From: an uncultured Ruminococcus sp.
Lineage (GTDB): Bacteria > Bacillota > Clostridia > Oscillospirales > CAG-272
Assembly (NCBI GenBank): GCA_964463025.1
Contig: CAYXAC010000001.1
Location: forward strand, 1 to 27,264
DNA length: 27,264 nt
Reading direction: 5' to 3'
The notes beneath the pieces were generated by a model that was not told the DNA's origin, did not search any database, and worked only from the letters and a program-made list of their open reading frames with translations. Numbering within the stretch: position 1 is the stretch's first letter; each line of letters starts with the position of its first letter. Positions 9,046-18,829 of the stretch are shown here, piece by piece. Position numbers and translations under genes: made by a program.

Positions 9046-11568
9046 ATGAAAAGAATAGTTAGCATTTTGATGCTTTTATCAATGTCACTTTCCTTGCTTT
9101 GCGGTTGCTTTCTGATAAAAAATCCCGATAATTCGGGCGAGCAGGGCGGTATCACTGACGGAGATAATAACGACTCGGGTAACAATGAGAATCCTGACAA
9201 CAACGAGAATCAGGGCGGCGGGGAAGTAAATCCTGATGAGCCCGATCCCGATGCAGGCAAGAACGGTATTGACGAGATTATGCTCGCTTTTTCCGAGCTT
9301 AAGGTTAACGAGAGCGAGTTTGAGGACACGGTAGTTAGCGATACTCTCAAGTCCTACACTTTTAACAAGCTTGACGCAAACAGCGCATCTAATCCTGTGG
9401 CACTTTACGTAATTAATCACGGCGAGGAGCGCGTAGGTACAGATAGCGACGTTTCGATTATCCGCGATCTTCTCGAGGAATACGTAGTAGTCGTTCTCGA
9501 CTATCAGGGCGCGGAAAATGCAGTTTCACCCTGCCTTGACGAATCGCTTCACGGCATCAAGCTTGATATGATGCAAAACGGTGCATTCCTTGAGGGAATC
9601 GCATACAATTCCAACCAAACCTACCTTATTCCTGCGGGTTGCAGAATCGTTCGTAATATCGAGTTCTTCGATATTATGAAGCACGCACCCAAGGGAGTAG
9701 AGCAGAAGATACTTGACGTCTGGAACAATCAGACACAGATTCGGGATAAGCTTGGTGATGCTTGGGTACAGGCAACGACGCTCTCTGACATCGTAATGAA
9801 GAACGGTGAGTCGCTTACCGCCAAGGATTCCGACGGCAACTACAAGTATCTTACATATCATCTTGACATCATCTATCCCGCAAATCCCGAGAGCGAGGTT
9901 CCCGTAATGATGGCGGCATCTACTGGTGCAATTAGAAACAACTCGCTTTCCAATGCCAAAACAGACAGAACCCAGTACGTAGGTTTCCTCTTTGGCGGCT
10001 ATGCGGTAACCAGCCTTGACCACGATTATTTCCCCTTTATGAAGGACGAGGCAGGCTGGGGACATATCGAGCCTAACTACACTCTGCAGACCTATATGGG
10101 TACACGATTCCTTACCGCTGCGGTAAGATGCACCAAGTATTTTGCAGATGAGTACGGCTATTCTACCGAGAAGTACGGTATTTACGGCTTCTCGAAGTCC
10201 TCTTGGGTAGCACTCTTCAAGCAGGCGGATCTTGCTACAACCGATCCCGATAATCTTGATGAGATTTACACCTACGGTGGCTTTGCCGAGGGCGAATGCT
10301 TTGGCGAGCAGCCTTACCAGACCTATAAGAACGGCGAGCCTATCAGCTCGGGCATTACCTGTGTTTATCACGGAATGGGCAACGGCACCAATGATTGCCG
10401 TTATCTCGATGAGAGCAATATTCCGCAGCTTGTCGGTGTTGGCGAGAAGTGCGAATATAACTCCTGGGAGAAGTTCTTTAGTACAAAGCAGGTGTATAAT
10501 AATATGGAAAACTCCGGCTGCAACTGGGTTCCGCTTATGATGTACGGCGTTGGCCATACGTATCCTCAGGATATGGCGGATAAGCTCTACGGCTACAACT
10601 ACTACGAGGCATTCATGTCCTTCTTTGCCTATCACCTGAAGGGTGAGGCGGCAGAGCTTCTCCATACCTCAGTCAAGGCTGACGGTATGATCACCGAGGA
10701 TGAGGAAATCTTCCTCCAGTTCAATGCTACGGTCAACCTCGCAGGCAAGGTAAGACTCCTTGACGCAGACGGCAATACCGTCGCAGGCGAGTGGGTAAGC
10801 GCCAGAGGCGGCACACAGTGGAAGTTTGTTCCCGAGGCAGACGCACTATCTGTCGGCGCTGTCTACAAGATTGTTCTTGATTCCTTCACCGACGAGAGAG
10901 GCGAGAGCGTAAACGGCACCGAAGCAGAGTTTACCTATGCCGAGGGCGAGAAGGAACCCGAGATCATCTACAATTCCTCGATATCGGGTGCTATTATCGA
11001 GGACACCTACGTTGCTTCCAACAGCGCTACTGCGCAGGAAGCAGATTACAGCACCTCAAAGACTGCGCTCGGTACTTATAGCGAATATTACAGAGCATAT
11101 TTCAAGTTTAATTTCAGCTCGATTCTTTCAAATGCCGACTTTGAAACCTACAAAGACAGCGGCAAGATTCAGTTCAGCTTTGCTATTTCAAAGGGCACGG
11201 AAAGCCTGATTAATACCACAAAGTTTACCTTTGGCGGCTTTGCTCCCGGTGCGGACACCACTGGTGTTGCATTCTCCGAGGTCACTTGGAAGAACCTCAA
11301 GAGTGGCGGTGCTCACAACGCTCTTAACTGGGGCAGCGCTACCAATCTGATTGCCAGCGAGTCGGAAGCGACATCACCCGATAACGTATCCTACTATGAT
11401 GGCGTTCTCACCTTCACCTTTGACTGTTCCGAGATTGCGGATATGATTGATTCCGACGGCAATGCGGTATTCGTATTCAGAACCGTTGGTACAAGCGGTA
11501 TTTCGATAGCTTCTATGGAAAATAGCAGCTACGCCTCCCCCGCAGTAAGCTTCGTTTACAACAAGTAA
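9046..11568 (+). CDS. Lipoprotein: atypical alpha/beta-hydrolase (putative esterase), Ig-like (Big_5-like) domain and C-terminal DNRLRE/CBM96-like domain
   Basis: Lipobox LLCGC and Asn/Asp-rich linker. HLDIIYP, AAVRCTKYFADEYGYSTEKYGIYGFSKSS (nucleophile-elbow context) and GVGHTYP. IFLQFNATV...VRLLDADGNTVAG...WKFVP Ig-like segment. C-terminal DTYV...YFKFNFS...ASMEN domain. Confidence 0.7.
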   Translation: MKRIVSILMLLSMSLSLLCGCFLIKNPDNSGEQGGITDGDNNDSGNNENPDNNENQGGGEVNPDEPDPDAGKNGIDEIMLAFSELKVNESEFEDTVVSDTLKSYTFNKLDANSASNPVALYVINHGEERVGTDSDVSIIRDLLEEYVVVVLDYQGAENAVSPCLDESLHGIKLDMMQNGAFLEGIAYNSNQTYLIPAGCRIVRNIEFFDIMKHAPKGVEQKILDVWNNQTQIRDKLGDAWVQATTLSDIVMKNGESLTAKDSDGNYKYLTYHLDIIYPANPESEVPVMMAASTGAIRNNSLSNAKTDRTQYVGFLFGGYAVTSLDHDYFPFMKDEAGWGHIEPNYTLQTYMGTRFLTAAVRCTKYFADEYGYSTEKYGIYGFSKSSWVALFKQADLATTDPDNLDEIYTYGGFAEGECFGEQPYQTYKNGEPISSGITCVYHGMGNGTNDCRYLDESNIPQLVGVGEKCEYNSWEKFFSTKQVYNNMENSGCNWVPLMMYGVGHTYPQDMADKLYGYNYYEAFMSFFAYHLKGEAAELLHTSVKADGMITEDEEIFLQFNATVNLAGKVRLLDADGNTVAGEWVSARGGTQWKFVPEADALSVGAVYKIVLDSFTDERGESVNGTEAEFTYAEGEKEPEIIYNSSISGAIIEDTYVASNSATAQEADYSTSKTALGTYSEYYRAYFKFNFSSILSNADFETYKDSGKIQFSFAISKGTESLINTTKFTFGGFAPGADTTGVAFSEVTWKNLKSGGAHNALNWGSATNLIASESEATSPDNVSYYDGVLTFTFDCSEIADMIDSDGNAVFVFRTVGTSGISIASMENSSYASPAVSFVYNK

Positions 11569-11573
11569 TAACA

Positions 11574-11601
11574 GCAGGCAGGAGCTTTTCGCTCTCGCCG
11601 C
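11574..11601 (+). promoter_or_regulatory. Second intra-operon stem-loop, related to 8991-9018, without a U-tract
   Basis: GGCAGGAGC-TTTTC-GCTCTCGCC imperfect stem directly after the stop of 9046..11568 and just before the AAGAGG RBS. Confidence 0.45.
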
Positions 11602-11620
11602 GTAAAAAGAGGAAAAACGA

Positions 11621-14593
11621 ATGAAAAATCTAAACAGAATTATAAGCCTGGCACTTGTTCTTGCGCTGTGTTTTTCGGTGATTTCTGGCTGATTCATATT
11701 TACCAAAACTACGGTTAATATTCACTGCGGCATAACCGATCCCGATAATAGCGGTGATAACAATGACAACGAGTCCGGCGGCAATAACAATGGAAACAAC
11801 GACGGTGGAAACGGTGACGAAACCGTAGATTACACCACCTACTTTGACTCAAGACAGTCGGTGCTTCTTATTGGTCAGTCCAATATGGCGGGCAGAGGCT
11901 TTTCCGAGGACGTTGAGGCTATCGAGGACGACAGAATCCTCATGCTCAACCAGTCTAACGAGTGGGTGAAGATGCAGGAGCCTATCCACTACGACAAATC
12001 TGCTGCTGGCGTCGGCCTTGCGGCTTCGTTTGCAAAGGGCTTCGTTGACACCTTTGACTGCGAGATAGGCCTTATCCCCGCTGCAATGGGCGGTACGTCT
12101 ATCACCGACTGGAAGGTTGGCGGTACTTACTACAACGACGCTATCACGAGAGCAAAGGAAGCGCAGAAAACATCTGAAATCTGCGCAATTCTCTGGCATC
12201 AGGGCGAGTCCAACCGTTCCAGTCACTCCACCTACGCAGAGAAGCTCCAGGTTATTCTTGACGCTATGATAGAGGAGCTTGGACTTGACAAGGACAAGAT
12301 AGTTATCATCACGGGCGAGCTTCGTGAGATAAGCACCAATCCCTCACAGCGTGAGACCTTCCACGCACAGCTTAACCAGCTTTCAAACGTTTACAAGAAC
12401 TACGGCGTTGCAGACGCAGACGGTCTTACCATCAACGAGGACAGAATTCACTTTGACGCACCCAGCCTTCGTTTGTTCGGTTACAGATACTTCAACATCT
12501 TCAAGACTCTCGTGACGGGCGATGCCTTCGATTTCGTTGACAACCGCGATCACTACTACGTTGGTGCGGAGAACGATCCCAATCCCAACAACAGCGGCAT
12601 TCTCGACCGTCCCAGCGAGGACGGCGGCAGCGGTGACATCGGCACCGGCGGCTCTACCGAGGGCAAGACCTACGTAGAGGGCAACGTTATTGCCGACACC
12701 TACGTTTCGTCGGGCAGCTACGCGGACAATAACAATGCGGCAAAAAGCTTCGTCGGCGCAAATAAGAATTCGTCTAGACCTATCTTCAAGTTCAACGTTG
12801 CGAACATTCTTTCCGACCCCGGATTTGAGGCAAACAAGAATAGCGGTAAATTTGAGTTCACCTTCACCTTCGTTGAGGGCGCAAGCACTATTACCGCAGA
12901 TACCACCGCCAGCGTGTACGGATTTGCTCCCGGTGCGGGCGTAAGCGACGCAGACTTTACCAAGCTTACCTGGAACAACTGTAAAAGTGGCGCGGAATAT
13001 GCGGGACTTTACAGAGGGGGTGCAACCTTTATTTACAAGGACCAGGCGCTCAGCACTCTTGACGTAGTCAAGACCGACAGCTATATTACCTTTATTATCA
13101 GCTATTCGGATATCAAGTCGCTCATCTGTACCGAGGAAGGCGATAACTACGGCATTCTCGTTATGGGCTTCGACTTTAACGCAAGCGGCATTAAGTACGC
13201 TTCGATGGAGAACACCACGCTCAATATCCCCAAGGTTGACTTCGTTTACGGCGGAGAGTACGCAAGTAGCATAGAGAGCGTTTTCGACGTTATTGCGGCA
13301 AATCCCGACACCGAACTTTACTTTGCAGGGTCTACCGACAAGGATGCGCTTACCTATGCAGTTGACGAGGAAATAACCTTTGACATCGCGCTTTACGCAG
13401 ACGGCAATATTGTTTCCGCACCCTACTTCTACTATTCGGTAGAGGGCGAGGACGGTCAGGAAAAGACCGAGGGATACGTTGACGGCTCTAGCGGCACTCT
13501 TACCGTAAAGGGCAAGATGTCCAAGGCGGGTACTCTCCGAGTTACCGTCTACGTTTGTAACGAGAATAAGGAAATTCTCACCAAGAATAACAGCGATCTT
13601 CATATAGTTAACCGTGCAAACGGCAAGGAGAATCTTTGTTTCCATGGCGGTGCTGTCGCAGGCTTTGCAGACATCAAGCCCTACGGCTCTGCTCCCGAGG
13701 ACCTCGAGAGCTATTGGTCGAGCATCGTTACCGCCTGCTACACAGGTGACATCAAGCTCCAGAGATTCGAGGAGCTGAGCGTTGCCGACTACAATGAGTC
13801 CAAGGTATCTACCCACAAGCTCTATCTCGTAGAGATTGAGATCAGCGAGGGTGAGTTCGCTACCGGTTATCTCAGCGTACCGATTTCGGAAGATTCCATC
13901 AGACTCAAGGCTTCCTTCGTGAGCTACGGCAACACCAAGAAGCCCACTCCCGCATTCACCAGCGACGCGGCTGTATTCGCAATCTGCGCGCACAGCTATC
14001 ATCTTGACGATGCAAATGCCGCTGCTCCCGAGAACTACGGCTTCGACCTCACCGAGAATCAGGACAGAGATACCGTGTACTTCAAGAATATGTTTATAAG
14101 AAACATTATGGCTACACGCTTCCTCAAGGCGTATATCGGTGATTCGAGCTACGGCACGATTACTTATAATGGCGAAACTCTTGCGCCTCTCGGCAGATGG
14201 GCAAAGGGTGATGCATTCGTTGCAGACGGCGGCAGCCAGGCAGCCTTCCAGGCGCTTGCGATTACCGCGCTCGACAAGGACGTAACCAAGGCGAGCATCG
14301 CTCTTACTTGGTTCTGCGACATCGGTGGCGAGAACATCGGCCGCTTCGACGGTTGGAATCCCGAGTATACCGATGCACTTATGTACTACGACTGCTGCTC
14401 GCTCGCGACACTTATCGGCGAGGGCGTTGAGGTCAGCATTTCGGGCGCAGGCCTTGGTGACACTACCTCCGAGCCCAGCGGTATTATAGCACTCTACAAC
14501 ATGCTTAACTGCACCGCATCGCTTAAGATGTACCAGAATCGTAGCCACACCTACAATCCTCCTGCTGCTGATACCTACGAGGTATCTAAGTAA
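11621..14593 (+). CDS. Dual carbohydrate esterase lipoprotein (SGNH/SASA-CE6-like + DNRLRE-like + CE7/AXE1-like) with an in-frame TGA at the lipobox Cys (11690-11692); recoded, recently inactivated, or a sequence error
   Basis: RBS AAGAGG at 11607-11612. ATG at 11621 is in frame with the 11861..14593 ORF and reads MKNLNRIISLALVLALCFSVISG*FIFTK...DPDNSGDNND... SGNH motifs GQSNMAGRG, WHQGESN and DRIHF. CE7-like GGSQAA, GLGDTT and NRSHTY. Confidence 0.8.
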
Positions 14594-14615
14594 TTTAATA
14601 TAAAAGGAGAGAAAT

Positions 14616-17600
14616 ATGACAAAGCTTTTTTTTAGAAGCAAGGGCTTCATTTCCGCAATTTGCGGAGTAGCTTTGCTTGCGGCTTTGCTCTTGTCCTTTG
14701 CTATTGTCAGCGTTGCAGCTTCATCGGGAGCGACCTACTACTTTGATTCAGAGGCAAAAGCAAACGGCAACGGAACAAAAGCCTCGCCCTATAATAGCCT
14801 TGATGCTATTTCCGAGCTTGATTTAGAGCCGGGTGACACAATTTATCTGAAAAAGGGAAGTGTTTTCGCAGGACCTCTTCGCCTTGTCGGAATCAACGGC
14901 AGCGAGGGCGCTCCCATAACGGTTACCTCTTACGGCGAGGGCAGATTGCCCCGCATTGACGGCCGCGACACCATTGGTGATGGCGTGCTCTATATCGAAA
15001 ACTGTAATTGGCTTACCGTTTCGGATATTCAGATTTGCGATACCGCTACCTACACGGCAGACCGTCGCGGTGTGTACGTTTACGGTGCATCAGACGGTGT
15101 TTACAGCGGTATTACGTTAAGCGGTCTGTACGTACACGATATTCGCGGCGTGGCAGGCATTGCAGCCTCCTCGGCAGAGGGCGCGAGATTCGATTCGCTC
15201 GTAATTTCCGACTGCTACCTTACCGATATTTACGGTGTTGGTATCAGCGTTGGGCAGGACTCGCCCGGCACACCGAGCGCATCCTCGTCACATACTAACG
15301 TTAAGATTTCGGGCAACCGCATCTCCTATTCGGGCGGTGCGATTCTTGCCTGCGGCATGTACGGAGGTACTGTTGATAACAACGTTGCCTTCGGGATTAC
15401 CGAGTCCGCGAGCTTCGTTACCGAATACGTCGACGGTACGGTGATAGAGCGCAACGAGAGCTATCTTAACAGCTCGGAGAGCACTGCATTCTACGCAGGT
15501 GAGATGAGCCTTGACACTGTATGGCAGTACAACTACAGCCACGATAACTCGGGCGGTTTCTTTGCGGCGCATAGCGATTCTGACGCGACACTCTGCTACA
15601 ACCTTTCGCTCTACGACCTCGGAACGATCATATCCGACTCCGGCGCAGATTTAGAGGTATATAACAATACTATTATCTCTCCACGGGGCTACTCTGTGAC
15701 TCTTCTCGACGTAGACGGCGGAAGCTATATTAACAACCTTATTTATAACAATTCGGCAACGGCTAAAGTTACTCTTTCGGGCGCTGCCGAAATCAAGAGC
15801 AATCTTGTTTATAATGCAAGCGGTGCGAATATTGACGGTCTTGATTCCTTTAAGAGCGCCAACGCATCCGGACTTTACACAGACCCTATGTTCTCTGGTG
15901 AATTTGGCAAGAGCGTGTCTGCGAGAGCAGGCATTGAGAATGCCGTTTTCGCACAGCTCTCTTCCTCCTCGCCTGCTCTTAACGCAGGCTTGAGTGTTGG
16001 AGCAGCAGGGGACTTCTTCGGCAACGCATATTCCGCTTCAATCGGCTTCTACTGCGGCAGCGGAAACAGTGCGCCCTCTGTGGATTACGAGCTTTCGGCA
16101 GATGACCTGAAGGAATACGCTTATTCCGATATAGAAATTCTTCAGGATATCGTTTACGGCACAGCTACCACCTATAAGGGTGGCACAAAAACGCTCACCC
16201 TTGATATTTATTCCGCACTCGACTGCGAGAATCGCAACAGACCGCTTCTTCTTATGATTCACGGCGGCGGCTTGCGCACCGACTCCACCAAGGAGCAGAG
16301 CTACGCTGTCAAAATCAGCAAGCTTATGGCAAGCAAGGGCTACGTCGTTGCATCTATAAATTACAGAACGCGTGACGGAGGCGATATGCCCGACAAGGCA
16401 TCGTCTGCTCCCGCGCTTATGGATGCCGCAGAGGATGCGAACACCGCACTCCTGTGGCTGAGAGAGCAGGCATCGGTATACGGCTTCAACCCCGATTACA
16501 TCTTCGTTGCGGGCGGAAGCGCAGGCGGTGCTACCACGATGTGCTACGCCTTTGCCGAGGACTCGAGAGGCTTTGACAAGTCGGGCATCGTAGCGGTTGC
16601 TGATTTGTGGGGTGGTCCGCGTGACGTTTTTGCAGGCTGCTACGATAGCGATTTCTCGCAGGACGACAGATTCCCGACCATCTTCATTCACGGCACTGGC
16701 GACACTACTATGGATTATAACCATAGCCTTAACGCCTACAACGCGATGGTAGCTGCGGGAATTACTGCCTCCTGGAATCCCGTAGAGGGAGCAGAGCATT
16801 CGCTCTCGGGCTATGACGATACCTACGAGTTCACCACGGGTCTGATTAGCGAATTCTTTGCCGCAAGACTTGCAGAAAAAATTGAGGCAGACAACGGATA
16901 TACCCAGCCTCCTGAGCGTACTGACAGAGAGGATTCGGATAATAATCTTCCTATCTCCACTCCCGAGAAAATATATCCCAATGCCGATTTGTATATCAAT
17001 TCCAACCCCTATGGCAAGAACGCAAGTCTGCATAAGTCAAATTCGCTATACGTATTTGACAGTAACAGCAGCTCTTACATTCGTAAGACCTTTATGAGAT
17101 TTGATACCGTTCTTGGCAGCGAAGGTGCTTATCCTTATAGTACGGTTCTTAACTTTACCGTCACCGACGTGACGAGAGCAACTGCGGCTGAGCCTCTTGC
17201 GGTTGCTGTGTACGGTCTTTCGGACAACTATTGGTTCGCTGATGAGATAATCTGGAAGAACACTCCGGATACCAGCAATAAAACCTACATCGGCACGGTT
17301 TACATAACCGGCAAGGGGAATTACTCCATCGACGTATCAAATTATGTCTATCAGGTACAACAGAGTGGCATTCCCACGGTTACGTTCTTCCTTGAGGGTA
17401 TGGACTCACCGGCAGAGTCAAGACGTGCTACAATCGCCTCTTACGAAAGCGGAAGCAATGCTCCCTACCTTGCTTGCTCCTATATCGATACTCCCGTCAC
17501 GGTGAACACCGTTAGCGTGAACACTTACGGTGAGGGCGAGGCGAGCGAGTCGAGTATATCGGTTCTCACCGGCTCGTCGGCTATAATCCAGCTTTCTCCC

Positions 17601-18809
17601 GAACCCGGCTACATGCCCTTGAGAGTCGAGGTAGACACGGCTCTGCTCGGTGTAAGCGCGAAGCTTTCGGGCAACGAGGTTATAGTGGAAAATATAGTAG
17701 CCGACACCGTACTGTCTGTTTATTTCTCGATAGACACATCGGTTATTATTGCGTCGGATTCGGCAACCGTTCGTTACGGCAATCTTTCGGGTGTGGAAAC
17801 GAACGCCACCGTCTCGACGGATAGCACTAATGTAAATCCTCTCTATCTTTGCACCAAAGCACCCTCGGGTGAGAATAACAACTCAGCCGACCGTATTATA
17901 TGGCTTCAGTTTGATATAGACGGCTATGATTTCACAGGCAAGAGTGTGGCATTTGAAATATACTGCTATCAGCTCGTTGAGTTCGGCAGTGCTACGATGC
18001 CGGTAGACGTTTACGCCACCACCAATACCGATTGGTCGTCCGGCAGTATTTCCTGGAGCAGTCAGCCTGCGTTTAGCGGTCTTGGTTATGCGGACAGCAG
18101 CTTCGGAATTTCCGGCGGTGCGCAGAAGATAGGCTCGTTCGCGGTGAATGCGGCAGCCACCTGGTACACCGTGGACATAACCTCTTACGTTCGTATGCTC
18201 AAGATGTCCGGCTTCACCAGCTTCTCGCTGGCACTCGTTGACAGCAGCTACACCTCTGCCGCACCTATAGCACGCTTCGTTTCGACTCACGGAACGGCGG
18301 CGTTGAACGGTGTATCCTTAAAGCCCAAGCTCACTACCGAGAGCCTTGAAACCTCGCAGGGAACAAGGAGAATAGACCTCGATGTTTCTGTGACCGGCAC
18401 TCAGAACGGCAGCGTTACAGGATACGAGAACGTAATCGAGGCTGGCGCGTCGGTGCTTGATATTGAGGCAAACGAGGGCTACGTTGCACAGGTGACGGTA
18501 GACGGCAAGGAGCGTAAGGTATACGACGGCAAGCTTTGTCTGTTTGGCGCAGACGAGAATACCAAGATAGTCGTATCATTTGTGAAAATGTACTCGCTTA
18601 CCGTGACGACAGACGACAACTGCCGTGCTTCTCTTGAGAGCGCACTTCTTGGCAAGGGCGATGACGCAAGCGTCAGCTTCTACGTTGCACCGGGATATAA
18701 GCTCGTAGTCAAGGTCAACGGACAAATCGTTGAGATTAGTGACAACACTCTCACTCTGAAACCGCTTCAGGACCTTTCGGTTACTGCCGAGAGTGTTAAG
18801 ATTAAATAA
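14616..18809 (+). CDS. Large secreted multidomain protein: beta-helix, HSL-type alpha/beta-hydrolase (esterase), two DNRLRE/CBM96-like domains and beta-rich repeats
   Basis: Signal peptide ending ...VSVAA. Beta-helix paralogous to 4397..6148 (SPYNSLD, WQYNYSHDN, DFFGN...SIGFYCG). Esterase motifs LDIY, IHGGG, INYR, AGGSAGG, IHGTGD and GAEHS. DNRLRE-like domains at about 16968-17480 and 17745-18335. Confidence 0.82.
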   Translation: MTKLFFRSKGFISAICGVALLAALLLSFAIVSVAASSGATYYFDSEAKANGNGTKASPYNSLDAISELDLEPGDTIYLKKGSVFAGPLRLVGINGSEGAPITVTSYGEGRLPRIDGRDTIGDGVLYIENCNWLTVSDIQICDTATYTADRRGVYVYGASDGVYSGITLSGLYVHDIRGVAGIAASSAEGARFDSLVISDCYLTDIYGVGISVGQDSPGTPSASSSHTNVKISGNRISYSGGAILACGMYGGTVDNNVAFGITESASFVTEYVDGTVIERNESYLNSSESTAFYAGEMSLDTVWQYNYSHDNSGGFFAAHSDSDATLCYNLSLYDLGTIISDSGADLEVYNNTIISPRGYSVTLLDVDGGSYINNLIYNNSATAKVTLSGAAEIKSNLVYNASGANIDGLDSFKSANASGLYTDPMFSGEFGKSVSARAGIENAVFAQLSSSSPALNAGLSVGAAGDFFGNAYSASIGFYCGSGNSAPSVDYELSADDLKEYAYSDIEILQDIVYGTATTYKGGTKTLTLDIYSALDCENRNRPLLLMIHGGGLRTDSTKEQSYAVKISKLMASKGYVVASINYRTRDGGDMPDKASSAPALMDAAEDANTALLWLREQASVYGFNPDYIFVAGGSAGGATTMCYAFAEDSRGFDKSGIVAVADLWGGPRDVFAGCYDSDFSQDDRFPTIFIHGTGDTTMDYNHSLNAYNAMVAAGITASWNPVEGAEHSLSGYDDTYEFTTGLISEFFAARLAEKIEADNGYTQPPERTDREDSDNNLPISTPEKIYPNADLYINSNPYGKNASLHKSNSLYVFDSNSSSYIRKTFMRFDTVLGSEGAYPYSTVLNFTVTDVTRATAAEPLAVAVYGLSDNYWFADEIIWKNTPDTSNKTYIGTVYITGKGNYSIDVSNYVYQVQQSGIPTVTFFLEGMDSPAESRRATIASYESGSNAPYLACSYIDTPVTVNTVSVNTYGEGEASESSISVLTGSSAIIQLSPEPGYMPLRVEVDTALLGVSAKLSGNEVIVENIVADTVLSVYFSIDTSVIIASDSATVRYGNLSGVETNATVSTDSTNVNPLYLCTKAPSGENNNSADRIIWLQFDIDGYDFTGKSVAFEIYCYQLVEFGSATMPVDVYATTNTDWSSGSISWSSQPAFSGLGYADSSFGISGGAQKIGSFAVNAAATWYTVDITSYVRMLKMSGFTSFSLALVDSSYTSAAPIARFVSTHGTAALNGVSLKPKLTTESLETSQGTRRIDLDVSVTGTQNGSVTGYENVIEAGASVLDIEANEGYVAQVTVDGKERKVYDGKLCLFGADENTKIVVSFVKMYSLTVTTDDNCRASLESALLGKGDDASVSFYVAPGYKLVVKVNGQIVEISDNTLTLKPLQDLSVTAESVKIK

Positions 18810-18829
18810 CGAGGAGGGAAACATAAGCT

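Noticed and set aside
11861..11863. GTG start given by the ORF track for the esterase gene
   Set aside because: It has no RBS and lies in the first strand of the SGNH domain. The upstream in-frame signal peptide and linker point to 11621.
6149..14615. Similar intergenic strings TAATATAAA(A)GGAGAGAAA at 6149-6170 and 14594-14615 as a regulator site or promoter
   Set aside because: Adequately explained as an AT-rich translational enhancer plus Shine-Dalgarno; there is no convincing -35.
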